A program made the position numbers and the translations under genes. Shown here piece by piece: positions 1-15,004 of a stretch of 64,000 bases of DNA. The notes under the pieces were generated by a model. That model was given only the letters and a program-made list of their open reading frames with translations, had not been told where the DNA came from and searched no databases. Each line of letters opens with the position of its first letter. Positions within the stretch are counted from its first letter, which is position 1. Source of the DNA: the human T2T-CHM13v2.0 reference genome, Homo sapiens; assembly GCF_009914755.1 (NCBI RefSeq), contig NC_060932.1; one strand, given 5' to 3'.

Positions 1-205
1 CCTTTTATGTTGTAATTGTCATATGTATTTCATGTATATACATTGAAAATCTCACCTGTCAATCATTTTCGATTTAACTATAATACATATGTTAAAGAAC
101 TTAGGAGAAAAGTAGTCATGTAAGTAATACGTCATTTTTCACTAGCTGTTTTCAGGTTTTTTTTTTGTTTCTTTGTTTTGGCCGTTTGATTATGATGTGT
201 CTGGT
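1..205 (-). mobile_element. Ancient L1M fragment (ORF1/5' region, antisense)
   Basis: 'ctagctgttttcagg...gtttgattatgatgtgtctggt' resembles antisense L1ME/L1MD sequence. Confidence 0.5.
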
Positions 206-229
206 AAATAATGTATTTGAAAGCATTTT

Positions 230-2090
<1,861 letters not shown>

Positions 2091-2339
2091 GCTATATTTT
2101 AGAAAATTCTGAATTTGCATTTTTAAACTGTGTGTAACCACGTTTCTCTCTGAGATAAAGGTCTAGCCAGGTGGCCCAGGGCTGGTAGGCTAGCTTGACA
2201 TTTGGGGGACTGCGTTGCTCTGTCTTGTGTCTCTGCCATCCTCTGCGCACAGATGACTTTATGTGATTCAAGATGGCTGCTCCAACTCTCACTCTGCATT
2301 CCAGGCAGGGGAAAGGAAGAGAAAAAAAGGTAATGCCTG

Positions 2340-2375
2340 TTATTATTTTATTTTATTTTATTTTATTTTATTTTA
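2340..2375. repeat. (TTTTA)n microsatellite
   Basis: Directly visible. Confidence 0.9.
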
Positions 2376-2380
2376 ACAAG

Positions 2381-2911
2381 TGAGAGCATAGCAAACTGTC
2401 TACCTTAATGTAATCTTACTATTGGCGGTCTGCGTTTACATGGCTTTATCATTCCAGAAAACTCTGGCATAGGAAGGAGGAGTTACAAATAACTTTATAG
2501 TTGGTTTCAAGAACTTCCCCAAAAGTCATTCATCAGAAAGACAGACTATTCCTATAGTCCTAGGTAGAATAAATACCCCTTCTTAGGACAATGGAGTGCT
2601 CAAGAAGGCTTATCAAAGGACTTGAAGTTTGCTTGGTTTCCATGAGTGTTTCACTCTGTCATGGTGTCTACCAAGCCTACCTATTATTTCACAAACTCTG
2701 TCCAATCCCAATCAATTAATTCCTTCTCCCCTAACTGAAAGACCTACCTGAAACCAAACTTTTGATTCTCATACATTTGTTAACAACCTTTTCTACTTCA
2801 TGATTCTATAAGGATTTTGTTAAGGTAATATTCTCTCTTACTGTGGCAAGCAATAAACTCAACTTTTCCTTATTAATAAGTTATTTTCATGGCTATTTCA
2901 GGGAGTCAACA
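2381..2911 (+). mobile_element. MER67-like ERV1 solo LTR
   Basis: TG...CA ends; 'gcaagcaataaactcaacttttccttattaataagttattttcatggctatttcagggagtcaaca' resembles the MER67 3' end with poly(A) signal. Confidence 0.6.
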
Positions 2912-3121
2912 ATTTTTATAACCTGAAGTTTGCACACACAACTTTCTATTGGCCATGACTTGGTCCTGTGGTTACATCTAAATGCCAGGGAGATTGGAAA
3001 ATGTAGTTTTTAGATGGGTAGTTTTATGTTCAGCTAAAACTTCTATTCCTATGGAAAAATTGGAAAACAAATAACTGGGGAACAGCTACAAACTCTCATG
3101 TCAATACAAAACTAATACTAA

Positions 3122-3432
3122 GGCTGGGTGCAGTGGCTCACACCTCTAACCCTAGCATTTTGGGAGGCCAAGACTGGTGGACTGCTTGAGCTCAGGAGTT
3201 TGAGGCCAGCCTAGGCAACATGGCAAAATCCCATCTCTACAAAAAAAATTAAAAAATACAAAAGTTAGCTGGGTGTGGTGGTATGCTTCTGTGGTCCCAG
3301 CTACTTGGGGGGCTGAGGTGGGAGGATCACTTGATCCTGGGAGGCAGAGTTTGTAGTGAGTGGGATGGTGCCACTGCACTCCAGCCTGGGTGATAGAGCC
3401 AGAGCATGTCTCAAAAAAAAAAAAAAAAAAAA
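3122..3432 (+). mobile_element. AluJ (Jb-like) SINE
   Basis: Dimeric Alu with J diagnostics, poly(A) tail, diverged TSD aaaactaatactaa/aagactaatattaa. Confidence 0.95.
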
Positions 3433-3440
3433 GACTAATA

Positions 3441-3670
3441 TTAATAGACAACATTTACTGATGAGTCCCTCTGTGTCATGCACTTGAAAAGATCTTTTCC
3501 ACAGATGATCTCATTCAATCCTCAGAACATCATGAAGGAAGCACTATGGTTATTTCAGTTTTATTGAAGAAATTGAAGCACAAAGAGGCTAAAAAAAACT
3601 GGCTAAGTTCACAAAGCTCCTCAATGGTGGAAGTAGGTTTAATCCAGGAGGTTGGCTATAGAGCCCAGAG
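3441..3670 (-). mobile_element. MIR SINE
   Basis: 'atctcattcaatcctcag...gaaattgaagcacaaagagg' MIR core, antisense. Confidence 0.7.
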
Positions 3671-3730
3671 AGTAAGATGAGGTAGAGGGACATGTGATTT
3701 TGACAGAACTGTCTTGGAAGGAATGCTAGG

Positions 3731-4324
3731 TGTAATAGTTTTCTATTGTTATGTATCAAATTACCACAAACTAGGCAGCTTGAAACAGTATGCATTTAGT
3801 ATATCAGTTTTTGTTGGTCAGGAATCTGAGCATGTCTCACTTATATGTAGGAACTCAGGGGTTCTCTGCTCCAGGTTTTGCAGGGTTGCACTGAAGGCGT
3901 CTGCTTGGCTGCATTCTCATCTGGAGGCCTGAATGGGGAAGAGTTCGCTTCCAAGCTCATCCAGGTTGTTGACAGAATTTGGGTGAGGGCCCCAATGTCT
4001 CGTTGGTTGTCGGCTAGGCAAACAATCTCCAGTTTTGGAGGCTGCCCACAGTTCCCTGCCATGTGGACCTCCCTCCCTCCGGAAAAGCTGTTCACACATG
4101 GCAGATTGATTTTTCAAGGCCAGTAAGGGTGCCCCTCTCTCCAGTTACAGAGTCCTGCATAACAAAATGTAACCACGAGAGTGATGTTGAAACATCTTTG
4201 CACTAATCGAGGTAGTGACATTTCATCATCATTGGTATAGTCTAATCAAGTCACAGGTGCTAAGGGGAGGAGATTAAACAAGGTCGTGACTCATTGGGGG
4301 TTAGCTTGGGGTGTGTTCGCGACA
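3731..4324 (-). mobile_element. MLT1E-like MaLR LTR
   Basis: 'aaattaccacaaact...ggggaagagttcgcttccaagctcatccaggttgttgacagaat' is typical of antisense MLT1D/E. Confidence 0.75.
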
Positions 4325-4329
4325 CTGAG

Positions 4330-4510
4330 TTATGAGACAGATGACCTACATTTTGCCCTGACCCCACCATTTACAAGATGTGTACCTTTCAGCCAGTCAC
4401 TTCACTTCTCTTGATACGTGTTTTCATCTCTAAATTGAAACTAATAATTTGCTCCCTGCCCATGTCACAGTTTCTGGGAAGATTAAATGAGATAATGCAT
4501 GTGCAGAAGA
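4330..4510 (+). mobile_element. MIR SINE
   Basis: 'agtcacttcacttctct...ttttcatctctaaattg...gaagattaaatgagataatgcatg'. Confidence 0.7.
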
Positions 4511-5142
4511 CACAATACTATGAAATTATAGTGTGCATGAACATGAACTTATTACCCAGATGAAGCCTTTATTAGAACCAGTTATCTTCCTTGGAATTGA
4601 ATACATGTTGAGTCATAAATTTCTGATCTATCTGTCATCAGGGGCTTAATTGTACTTGGACAACAGAAGACTATATTTAATTTTACACAGGCACTTATGG
4701 TTTAATCAATTATGCTAATGGATGTATATGCAAAAAGCTTTACAATTAAGTAAGACTCTTGAGGGTACTTTTTCAGAATGATTTAAACTTCATAAATGTA
4801 GCCATATAGATCGTATAACATTTGCATAATATTCTGCTAGCCAGACATGTCTGCTAAATAAATGCAGAGCTGGAGTCATGTAATGAATTATGAGTCAAAA
4901 CAGCAAACTTCTGCATTCGGCGCTATCAGGCCCGCAGAATGGCTCTGTCATGTTGGGTAAATGAATTCACTATACTATGAGCCTGAAGTGCCTTCTAGTT
5001 CACAGATTCTAAGAACAGAAATGACAATGCCATTACGTGATTCAACATATTTAGGATTTTTGGTTATAGTAGGTAGGTCTAATCATCATATATCTCTTTC
5101 ATGAGAGTCTGTTTGCACAGCAACTTGAATTAGAGGTTCTGT

Positions 5143-5555
5143 GTGGGGTGGATGCTCTGAGGGGCTGCCTCATTTCCCTTAAGGACCAATGCAGTCATTC
5201 CTCCTGTTGATGTTAATGTTGTCTGCTGATAGTTCACAGCTGAGTTCCTGCCCAGGAATTGCTGCTTTGCTCCAGGCCATGCCTGTTCCCTGGGAGCAAC
5301 TCATACCAAAAGACTGGTGGATGCAAGAGTCATAAGGGAGGAGACTAGAGGGCCAGCCTCTAGCTTCCATTTGGGTCAGCTCTAATTGGTTGGTCCTGGC
5401 CCCAGCATTCCCCATGGGTTGGCTGAGACCTCTTTTGCAGCTACCTTGCATTTTAATTCCTTCTGCCCAGTCCTGTTTGTGTCACTTTCTGACCGGTGTC
5501 CATCCTGAGGATGTGCCTCAATCAACCATCATCTTAGTTTCTGTTTCCCAGGGTT
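5143..5555 (+). mobile_element. LTR16-family ERVL LTR
   Basis: 'ccccatgggttggctgagacc...ccttctgcccagtcctg...tctgtttcccaggg' matches LTR16 features. Confidence 0.65.
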
Positions 5556-5710
5556 ATCAGCTGGCATCAGCTTCAAATAACAGAACACCAACCAAAATCT
5601 TGGTTAAAAAATGTTGTGCAAGGTTAGTTAATTCAGTGGCTCCTGAGCATCTTCAAAGATCCAGATGCTGTTCAACTTTTCATTCTGCCACCAATAAGAA
5701 GAAAAACATG

Positions 5711-6267
<557 letters not shown>

Positions 6268-6404
6268 CTAAGCATATTTTCTGTAGACCTCATGGGACCT
6301 TAAAAGTCTGCTTTTTTTTTTTTTTCATGAGTTTTCTTAGTTAAAAAACTTAAACTTTCTAGATAATTGCTAATGTGTTCAATAAACTAGTGCAGTTCCA
6401 ACCA

Positions 6405-6587
6405 ACACTTATTAATGCCTATTAGGTAGTGAACACATTTTTAGTTTTTCACGTATTTAATCCATACAATCATCCTGTGAGATGGGTGTTATTTTCCTTG
6501 CTTTGTGGATGAGGCTCAGAAATACGAATGATACACCCAAGCCATATGCTTCTCAGTGGCCAAACTTAGGTCTCCTGAATCTAAACA
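6405..6587 (-). mobile_element. MIR SINE
   Basis: 'atttaatccatacaatcatcctgtgagatgggtgttatt...tgaggctcaga'. Confidence 0.6.
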
Positions 6588-6589
6588 AG

Positions 6590-6827
<238 letters not shown>

Positions 6828-6941
6828 AGTAGCTTAGCTTCTGCAAATGTCACTTCAGGCACTTATAGAAAGGATTCTTTGATTGCAAGCAACAGAACTA
6901 CCTTTGGCAAGCATCGGCAAAAAAGGGATTTGTCAGAAGTA

Positions 6942-7451
6942 TGTCAATCAGGGTTTGATGAAGAAATAAAACTTCTGTAGTCATTCTAATTAGAAAGGGA
7001 CTAAAGATAGGTAAATGGTGCTAACAAAATTATTAAGTAGGCTGAGAGAAAAGGTTCTAGACTGAACTTCCGGGAATAACTGTGGAACTATATAGACAAC
7101 ATAAGAGGAGTCATTCCTTTTAATGCCACCATTGGAGCTAAGCTGGAATCAAGAGCCCACTGTTGCTGCCACCCTACAGCCACTGCTGCCATTGTCCCTG
7201 AAGATGCAGAATGAGGGAGAATGGATGCTAAGATGCTACATCAGAGAAACCTCACATCTCCACTTTCTTGCTTGTCAGAAGAAATAGCCAAAAGAGAGCA
7301 GGACCATTTCCTTCTCAGATAGCAATGGGGGTACATCTAATTGGCAGAACTAGTTTGTATCCAGAGCTCTAATTGCAAGGGAGTCTGAGATATAATCCCC
7401 CAATGCAGAAGGACAGTAGAACGGAGGCTGAGGGGTAACATTTATCTCACA
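6942..7451 (-). mobile_element. Old ERVL-type LTR (LTR41/LTR33 relative) inserted into an MLT1 fragment
   Basis: Starts 'tgtcaatcaggg', contains 'attggcagaacta...tgcaagggagtctgaga'; preceded by MLT1-like 'ggattctttgattgcaagcaacagaa' at about 6870-6940. Confidence 0.45.
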
Positions 7452-7493
7452 AAGATATGGGTAGTCATGCTACAAAGTGAAACCAACATTTTA

Positions 7494-7651
7494 TTTTTTA
7501 TTTTAAGAAATGATTTACTTATTTCTATGTTTTTGTAGCGATAGGGTCTCGCTATGTTGCCTAGCTGGTGTCAAACTCCTGGGCTCAAGCGATCCTTGAG
7601 ACTTGGCCTCCCAAAGTTCTGGGATTACAGTCATAAGCCATGAGCCTGGCC
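7494..7651 (-). mobile_element. FLAM_C free left Alu monomer
   Basis: Single left arm with TSD tgaaaccaacatttta (7478-7493) / tgaaaccaacgtctta (7652-7667). Confidence 0.88.
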
Positions 7652-7861
7652 TGAAACCAACGTCTTAAAAATAAGGAAGCATATTTGACCATATCGCTCT
7701 AACAAAAAATATGTTGTTTTTGTTAATAATTTTATTTTGGTGAGATTGAGGGTTTTGTGTCATTAATGAGTGAAAATTACTTATAACTTATATACTGGTA
7801 AATAATATAAATAGAAACACATATATTGAAGGTACTTGCTCAAATGTACTTGAAACCTGTT

Positions 7862-7973
7862 ACTCTTAACTCCTCAAAGGTGAGGACATACATTACCAAT
7901 ATTACTCTTAACTCTTAACATTACCAACTTAACTCTTAGCTCCTCAAAGGTGAGGACACACATTACCAACATT
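7862..7973. repeat. 42-bp direct duplication with a 28-bp patchwork spacer
   Basis: 7862-7903 vs 7932-7973, 3 mismatches. Confidence 0.9.
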
Positions 7974-8992
7974 CCATCTTCAGTTCCTGACAGTTAGTAG
8001 ATGTTATTGAAATAATTAATAACAGAGAGTATAAAATTGAATTAATTGATGGTGGGATGACTACTGGATAAATGGATGTTAGATGGAAGGATGGATTGAT
8101 TGACAGATCCAGCACAGTGCTAGGAAGGGACACAAAAGTGGTGCATGTCTTGTGCCTTTGCTGGGGAGCTTACCGCCTAGCTGGGGAAATAAATATATAT
8201 GCAGGAAATAGTTCAACAAAAGCGCAAGGCACTTGGTGATGGACTGTTCAGAAAAGTAGCATAAATGCAGTAGACGAGATTGTTCCATTCATTTAACTTA
8301 AAGTGAGCAGATTGAGGGTTGGAGGCTCTCCTCTTCCACTTTCCAACTCTTCACGCCAAAGTCTGCACAAACCCATTATGCACTAGTGGCATTAATCAAC
8401 CCTCTAGTTTGGGAAGGTAACTTTCTTGCTTAAGGAATGATTTCTAGTTGCTGCTTTAGTCAGTTTTATGTTTTTTTTTTTGTGAGAAATTTTTCCCTTC
8501 CAAATAATTATGACTATAATTATGACTCTCATAAACTCAAGTCTGGGAATTACCTGCAGGTAATACCTAGCCTTTCTTATTGAGGCATTGCCACAAAAGG
8601 GAGAAAAGAGGCAAAAAAAAAAAAAAAAACCCAAAAAAACAAAAACCCTTCCCTAATTGTTGAATAGCTACCCAGCAGCTTTATAAATTTACCTAGCTAG
8701 GAAATTTGAAGGGAATATGAATATTCCCTTGGAAATTCCCTATTTCGCCAAATGCTATCTTTTATGTGGCAGGGCCACGCTGGTGAAATTATGACTATTA
8801 AATAAGCAATTATGACATAAAATGACTTTTATAAAGCAAGAAAAGGATTTAACATTTTTGTGTCAGGCAGGCACCTTTCAGACAGCATTACTCATGCAGT
8901 CCACATTCACTGGTACCCCGCTGTGTACCAGAAATAGTCCTGAGTGTTGATACAAAGATAATTATAGATCACAAAATTAAAAATGTACATGA

Positions 8993-9348
<356 letters not shown>

Positions 9349-10114
9349 TAGAAAATGTACTTTTCAGAAAAAGTAATTTTGACCTAATGGCATACTAGGT
9401 ACCAATAACCAACCCTTCTGCTAAAAACCACTAGAAAAGCTGGACAAAATATTTAATAAAATCTTCTTGAGGCACTAGAGAACTAATCAGATGGTAACAA
9501 ATTTCCCATGCCAGTACCCAGGAAGGGACAGAGGCCCCAGCACATGATCTCAGTATATGGGGCCACTTTTTCCTCTGGGAAAGTTTGTCAGTTCTGAAGA
9601 GAAAAGTCAAGAAGCGTTGCGCTTTTGACTCTCAAGGATCACGGGGTGAGGAGCACAGTGAGTAACGTTAACTTTGAGTAGGACCCTGTGTGGAAGTAGC
9701 CTACGAGGAAAGATGAACCAGAAGTAGGCTCCCTCAGGGACCCACGCTCAGCTTTGAAACATTTTGATCCCTGAAATGGGATTAAGGTGATCCTGGAGTA
9801 CCAGTGCTTTAAGGTGCTTGGCAATAGATAATATGAATAGTTTCTGATGGAGGATAGAGTCACCTTAGGTTTCAAATTTATTTTACAAACATTTTTATAA
9901 GAACTATGTGTGAGACACAATTAAAAACAGACATGCAAAGAGACAAGATAACATAAATGAATATCAAAAAAACAATAGAGGTAATAGGCCCACAGTTGAT
10001 GTTTAAATAGCCGCACTTATGCTCAAGAGGATAAAAGACATAATTAAGAATATCAGCAGAAAGCTGGAAAACATACAGAAACCAAATGAAAATTCTAAAG
10101 CTGTTTTATTTGTT

Positions 10115-10276
<162 letters not shown>

Positions 10277-11002
10277 TGAAAATTTATTCAACAAATAAAA
10301 TTAAGAACTCAGTGAATGGGGTTCAGCAGCACATTAGACTGCTAAAGAGAGAAACAGTAAACCGGAAGATAGAAGAAAATGTTCTGAATGAAACAAGGGG
10401 AAGCAAAGGGTGAAAAAAAATCAGAAGGTAAGAGCCCCAAATGAGCCTGTATGAAGGCCTAATTTATAATAAATTAGAGCCCACATCAGAGCAGGGAACG
10501 GGGTGTGATATTTGAAGACATAAGTGCAAAATTTCAAAATTTATGAAAGGCATCAAACTGTGAGTCAAGAAGCCCTGCTAAGCCTAAACAAGATAAATAC
10601 AAAGAAAAATATACCTGGAAATCTTACAGAAATACTGCTTAAAGATCAAATCAAACACGAAGTCTTAAAAGCAACTAGACAAAAAGATCTTGTTACCTAC
10701 AAAGGAGCAAAGATGACTGAAAGCTGACTTATCAACAGAAACACAGAGACAGCGGAACCTAGAGACGAAGGAATGATAGCTTTAAGGTGCTGAAAAGGTG
10801 AAAATTGATCTGCCAACTAAAACTACTGTATCCATTGAAAATATCTTGCAATAATAAAGTCATTTCCAGAAAAACAAAAGTGAGAGGATTTAGCATGCAC
10901 ACTAAAAAAAAGTAGAGTATTCTTCAGACAGAAGGAAAATGACCCCTTCTGTATGTGATTGAAATTACACAAACATACACATTTAAAACACAGTCAACCT
11001 TG

Positions 11003-11131
11003 TGGGAGGGCTATGGGAAATAGGGAGTTACTAATCAACGGGTCTAAAGTTTCAGTCAAGCAAGATGAATACGCTCTAGAGATCTGCTATACAACATTGT
11101 AGCTATAGTCAACAATCATGTATTGTGCACA
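11003..11131 (+). mobile_element. L1MA9/10-like 3'UTR fragment
   Basis: 'aagcaagatgaatacgctctagagatctgctatacaacattgtagctatagtcaacaa'. Confidence 0.65.
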
Positions 11132-11749
11132 ACGAAAGTGGTATGTAAGTTGGAAAGATGTTAAAATGTTCTAAGAACTTTGCATTGACCTGGAAGTGCT
11201 TATTAGATTTAGATAAAGCAAGGATGCATATTGTAATCTCGAGAATAACCTCTAAAATATCTTTATATGTAACTCTCATGCAGATATGGAGTACAAATAA
11301 ATTTTTGAACCAATCTTGATGGAGGCAAAAAAGATAAAAACAAGATAGGATGAGTAGAAAGTATTTAGTAAGATGGTTAGTTAAAATCCAAATATAACAG
11401 TAATCACATTAATTAAATGTCAATAGAATAAATGCTCCTTAAAAAAAAAAAAAGATTGTTGGAACGGATTTTGAAAAACAAACCCCAGGTATCTGATCTT
11501 TAAAAAGAGTCACGTCTAAAACAAGACTACAAAGCAAGTATAACATAAAAAAGGACATTTCGTAATACAAATAGGTTCAGTTTTCCAGTAAGATAAAACA
11601 GTTCTAAATTTGTGTATGCTAAATAACATAGCTTCATATATATATAAAGTTAAATTTAACCAAGCTACAGAGAAAATACACAAATTTGCTACCAGAGTGA
11701 GAAACTTCAACACATTCCTCAGTAACTAATAGTATAAATAGACAATAAT

Positions 11750-12446
11750 TTTGCAATATTTTCTACAAAAAATGTAAAGACAGTTCAATCTTTTTTTCCT
11801 GCATGGTTGGTTGAAATTTGCTTTTTCATTGATAACATTTCAGGAAAGTTTCTTTCAGCTTCCCCGTGTGTTAATGGTAATGTCAAAGTTAGGAAGATCT
11901 CTATCAGATTTCTTCCATTTGTGAGCTATAAAATAAGGAGGGGTTTTTCCCTGACTTTCTTTTGCGCCGTGTTTTTTTCTCCATACTTTTATACCAGGCA
12001 CCATAGAAGATGTCCATATTTTAATAAGCAGTTTTTGGCTGTGGACATTAATTGTATCATAACCCTAGGTGCATTGGTATAGTGGGCAGTAACTGTATTT
12101 CTGAAAGTTATTTCTTTCTGGCACAGGTAACAATAATGTAACATACATGGAAGTGACTGCGTGCACATAAATCTGTCACACTAAACCCACACTAAATTAA
12201 TCCACCTCTCAACTTTAGCTAAATCTCTAAAATGCCACAACTACTCCCACATCAATCAACGTGAAGGAAAGTGTGAATGAGGGAAGGCTTGAAAGGTAAG
12301 AGACAATGACCTCAACTAGCTGTGGGTAAAATAACTTATTTGGTATACTTTGTGTACCATGACTATATGAATCCTCAGGCGAGGGCTGTGCAGGTGAGAG
12401 GCCCTGAGGGTTACACTTGCTGAGCTTCATAGCAAATCTGTCCTTG
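11750..12446 (-). mobile_element. Arthur1-like hAT-Tip100 DNA transposon (5' part)
   Basis: Reverse complement begins 'caaggacagatttgctatgaagctcagc...cagggcctctcacctgcac' and contains 'gggtttagtgtgacagatttatgtgcacgcagtcacttcc', like the Arthur1 5' end. Confidence 0.7.
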
Positions 12447-12496
12447 CCTGGCACATAGTAGGAACTCAGTAAATATTTGTTGAATGAGTGAATAAA
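12447..12496 (+). mobile_element. L2 3' end
   Basis: 'cctggcacatagtaggaactcagtaaatatttgttgaatgagtgaat'. Confidence 0.8.
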
Positions 12497-12515
12497 ACTT
12501 GTAGGACTCAGATTC

Positions 12516-12906
12516 TGTGACGGTTAATACCGAGTGTCAATTTGATTGGATCGAAGGATGCGAAGTATTGTTCCTAGATGTGTCTATGAGGGTGTTGTGA
12601 AAGAAGATGAACTTTTCAGTCAGTGGGTTGGGAAAGGCAGGCCCACCCTTAATCTAGGTGGGCACAATCTAATCAGCTGCCACTGCAGCCAGAATAAAAA
12701 GCAGGCAGAAGAACATGAAAAGACTTGACTGGCTTAGCCTCCCAGCCTGCATCTTTCTCCTGTGCTGGATGCTTCCTGCCCTCAAACATTGGACTCCATG
12801 TTTTCGGCTTTGGGACCCAGATTGGCTTCCTTGCTCCTCGGCTTGCAGATGGCTTGTTGTGGGACCTTGTGATCGTGTAATTTAATACTCCTTAATAAAC
12901 TCCCCT

Positions 12907-12972
<66 letters not shown>

Positions 12973-13024
12973 CTCCATATCTATTCTATTAGTTCTGTCC
13001 TTCTAGAGAACCCTGACTAATACA
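12516..13024 (+). mobile_element. MLT2A1 (HERV-L) solo LTR
   Basis: tgtgacggttaatac...gagaaccctgactaataca; perfect 5-bp TSD GATTC (12511-12515, 13025-13029). Confidence 0.92.
12910..12972. repeat. (CT)n(AT)n compound microsatellite inside MLT2A1
   Basis: Directly visible. Confidence 0.95.
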
Positions 13025-13419
13025 GATTCTCACCAATTGGAACAGATGCTAACCATAAATGTTTGTTACAGCCATCCTGGTGAGTACCAGGTGACCACTG
13101 GCGTGATTGTTTCAATGGAATCTTGTTGCAGAGTTTCTTTGGCCAAGGAAATGGCCTCTTAGGGGAGATTTATCTTTCATATATAATTAAACAGTCTGAA
13201 TTCCATTTGGGATCACATCATAGAGCATGACTCTTGAGTTTGTGAACAAGCCACAAAGATCCAAATTTAGCCCCTCCAAAATTGCCATCTTGGCCCTGAA
13301 TGCGGGAAAAAAATTTGGGATAGTCAATTTAGCATTGCCTGGATTTAACAGTTGAAAGCCACATCCTTAACAGGGCTCAAAAGCACACAGAAAACTGGGC
13401 TACTTTGCAGTTAAAAGCT

Positions 13420-14294
13420 CTTTGTATTCTGCTCCATTACATAATCTATTACTCTATCTTGCACTTTGAATCGATCTTGTACCCATGTTTGGTTTTGAAC
13501 AGAATGCATTGGTCACTTAGAAAATATTGGCTCACTGAGTTATATAGCTCTCCTAATTGTTGACATTTTTTATTACACAATGTCAAAAAAAATCACATTC
13601 ATCACCACAACCACCACCAATCTGATCATGAGTCATTAAACACTGAGAAGCTCTCTGAAATTCTAATATTTCCTTGAAAAATTGAATTTTGTCATGGGAA
13701 AAATATTGTGTTTTTTTCTTTAAATGACTGGCTCACTTCATTTTCAATAAAATGTCTACCAAATACCCAAGTCTGAATATCATAATTTGTCTGTTGGTGT
13801 TCATTCAAATGAAATTGGTGTTCTCTGAAAAATGCATCTTGCTCAGCTTGCAACTCAGATGATGGCATGAGTATTACTTTTCCTTGAGACAGAATTGTAT
13901 ACCTCAAGGCAGCAGAAGTGCTTCATACATATTTCCCATATTATCTCATGGATGTGTACTCAAGGGTCAAGAGGAAATAAAATTAAGAGTTTTTATAGCT
14001 TCATCAAAGACATTCTAAAATGGAACCTCTTTTTAAATGTTTAAAAATTCATCATCATCATCATCATCATTCATTTACTGTGATTTTTTTGGCAGTGACG
14101 AATACAATAATTATTAGTGCAGTTTGAGGTTCCCTGCTTGGATTCCTGCTAAACTTTCAGCAGTTCTACCCATTGCTAATTTTGCACCTCCAGTGCAAAT
14201 GTGAACAGAGTTGGAAAGGCGAATAACATTGTAGACATCCTGTAAAGGTCTTAGGACCCCTGGGGGTCCTCACATCATACTTTGGGAACCACTA
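13420..14294 (-). mobile_element. Charlie1(a)-like hAT DNA transposon with transposase remnant
   Basis: Terminal-repeat-like 'tttgggaaccacta' end; minus ORF 13692-13907 'LSQGKVIL...ELQAEQDAFFREH' resembles the Buster/Charlie motif RWLSRGKVLxRxFELRxE. Confidence 0.82.
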
Positions 14295-15004
14295 CTCTAG
14301 GGATATGTGGGTTCTTCCTCTTGTTCATGGACATCAGATAATAACCAAAGCTCAAATCTGCAGCCAATAATCTCCTGCTCAGGAAAGATAAATACAGGTG
14401 ACCGGAGCAACACCGGTGCTCAATTCTTGGACCTTCCTGAGTGCTGTCCCCATCTAAAGAGTAAATAATCAGATTTTCAGCTTGCCACATGTCAGTCAGG
14501 AGAAAGTGAATAGGTTGAGAAGTTTAATGACATCTGTAGCCTCCTGAATCTAATGGATTGAGTGCTTCAGAGTTCATCTGAGAGTGTCTATCGGCAGGCA
14601 TCCCTGCTGAGAGAGTATAACCATGACTCTCAGATGGCCCATCATGAGCTGATTTTACGCAGCATGAAAACCAGTGATTTAAACACACCATAAAGAGTAT
14701 TTTTATGGGGCATGCAATATAACCAAGAGGAAAGAGTATTATATTAACACCAGAAGTTTGTCTCCTTTTTCCAGAAATGTTGAATTGCACTCATTTATTC
14801 CTAAATTCCACAATTTACTCTTAAATCCCATAGTAACATTTCCATCAATTGTAGACTTAGGTTTGCAAATTCAGTACCTAAGAAGCTGTTGGTTTTCTGA
14901 AGTGTCTGTAGTCTTGATTTTCCACATCTCTGGCTTTGGAGGCTTATCTGTGGCTTTGGCAACTGCAAGGCAACCTTGAAATATCTGGGTTCTCTTAACT
15001 CTAG

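Larger units (their letters stand above)
2150..3103 (-). mobile_element. LTR33-like ERVL LTR, split by a MER67-like LTR
   Basis: Reverse complement of 2950-3100 reads like the LTR33 5' end ('...ttccataggaatagaa...ctaaaaactacattttcc...tagatgtaaccacaggaccaagtcatggccaa'); it continues at 2150-2340. Confidence 0.6.

Noticed and set aside
2381-2911. MER67-like LTR as the 3' LTR of the upstream ERV relic
   Set aside because: It is flanked on both sides by LTR33-like sequence, so it looks like an independent solo insertion.
7862-7973. CRISPR-like repeat-spacer-repeat with hairpin
   Set aside because: Only two units, the spacer derives from the repeat itself, the context is primate DNA and there are no cas genes. 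The same applies to 17480-17576 and 63500-63582.
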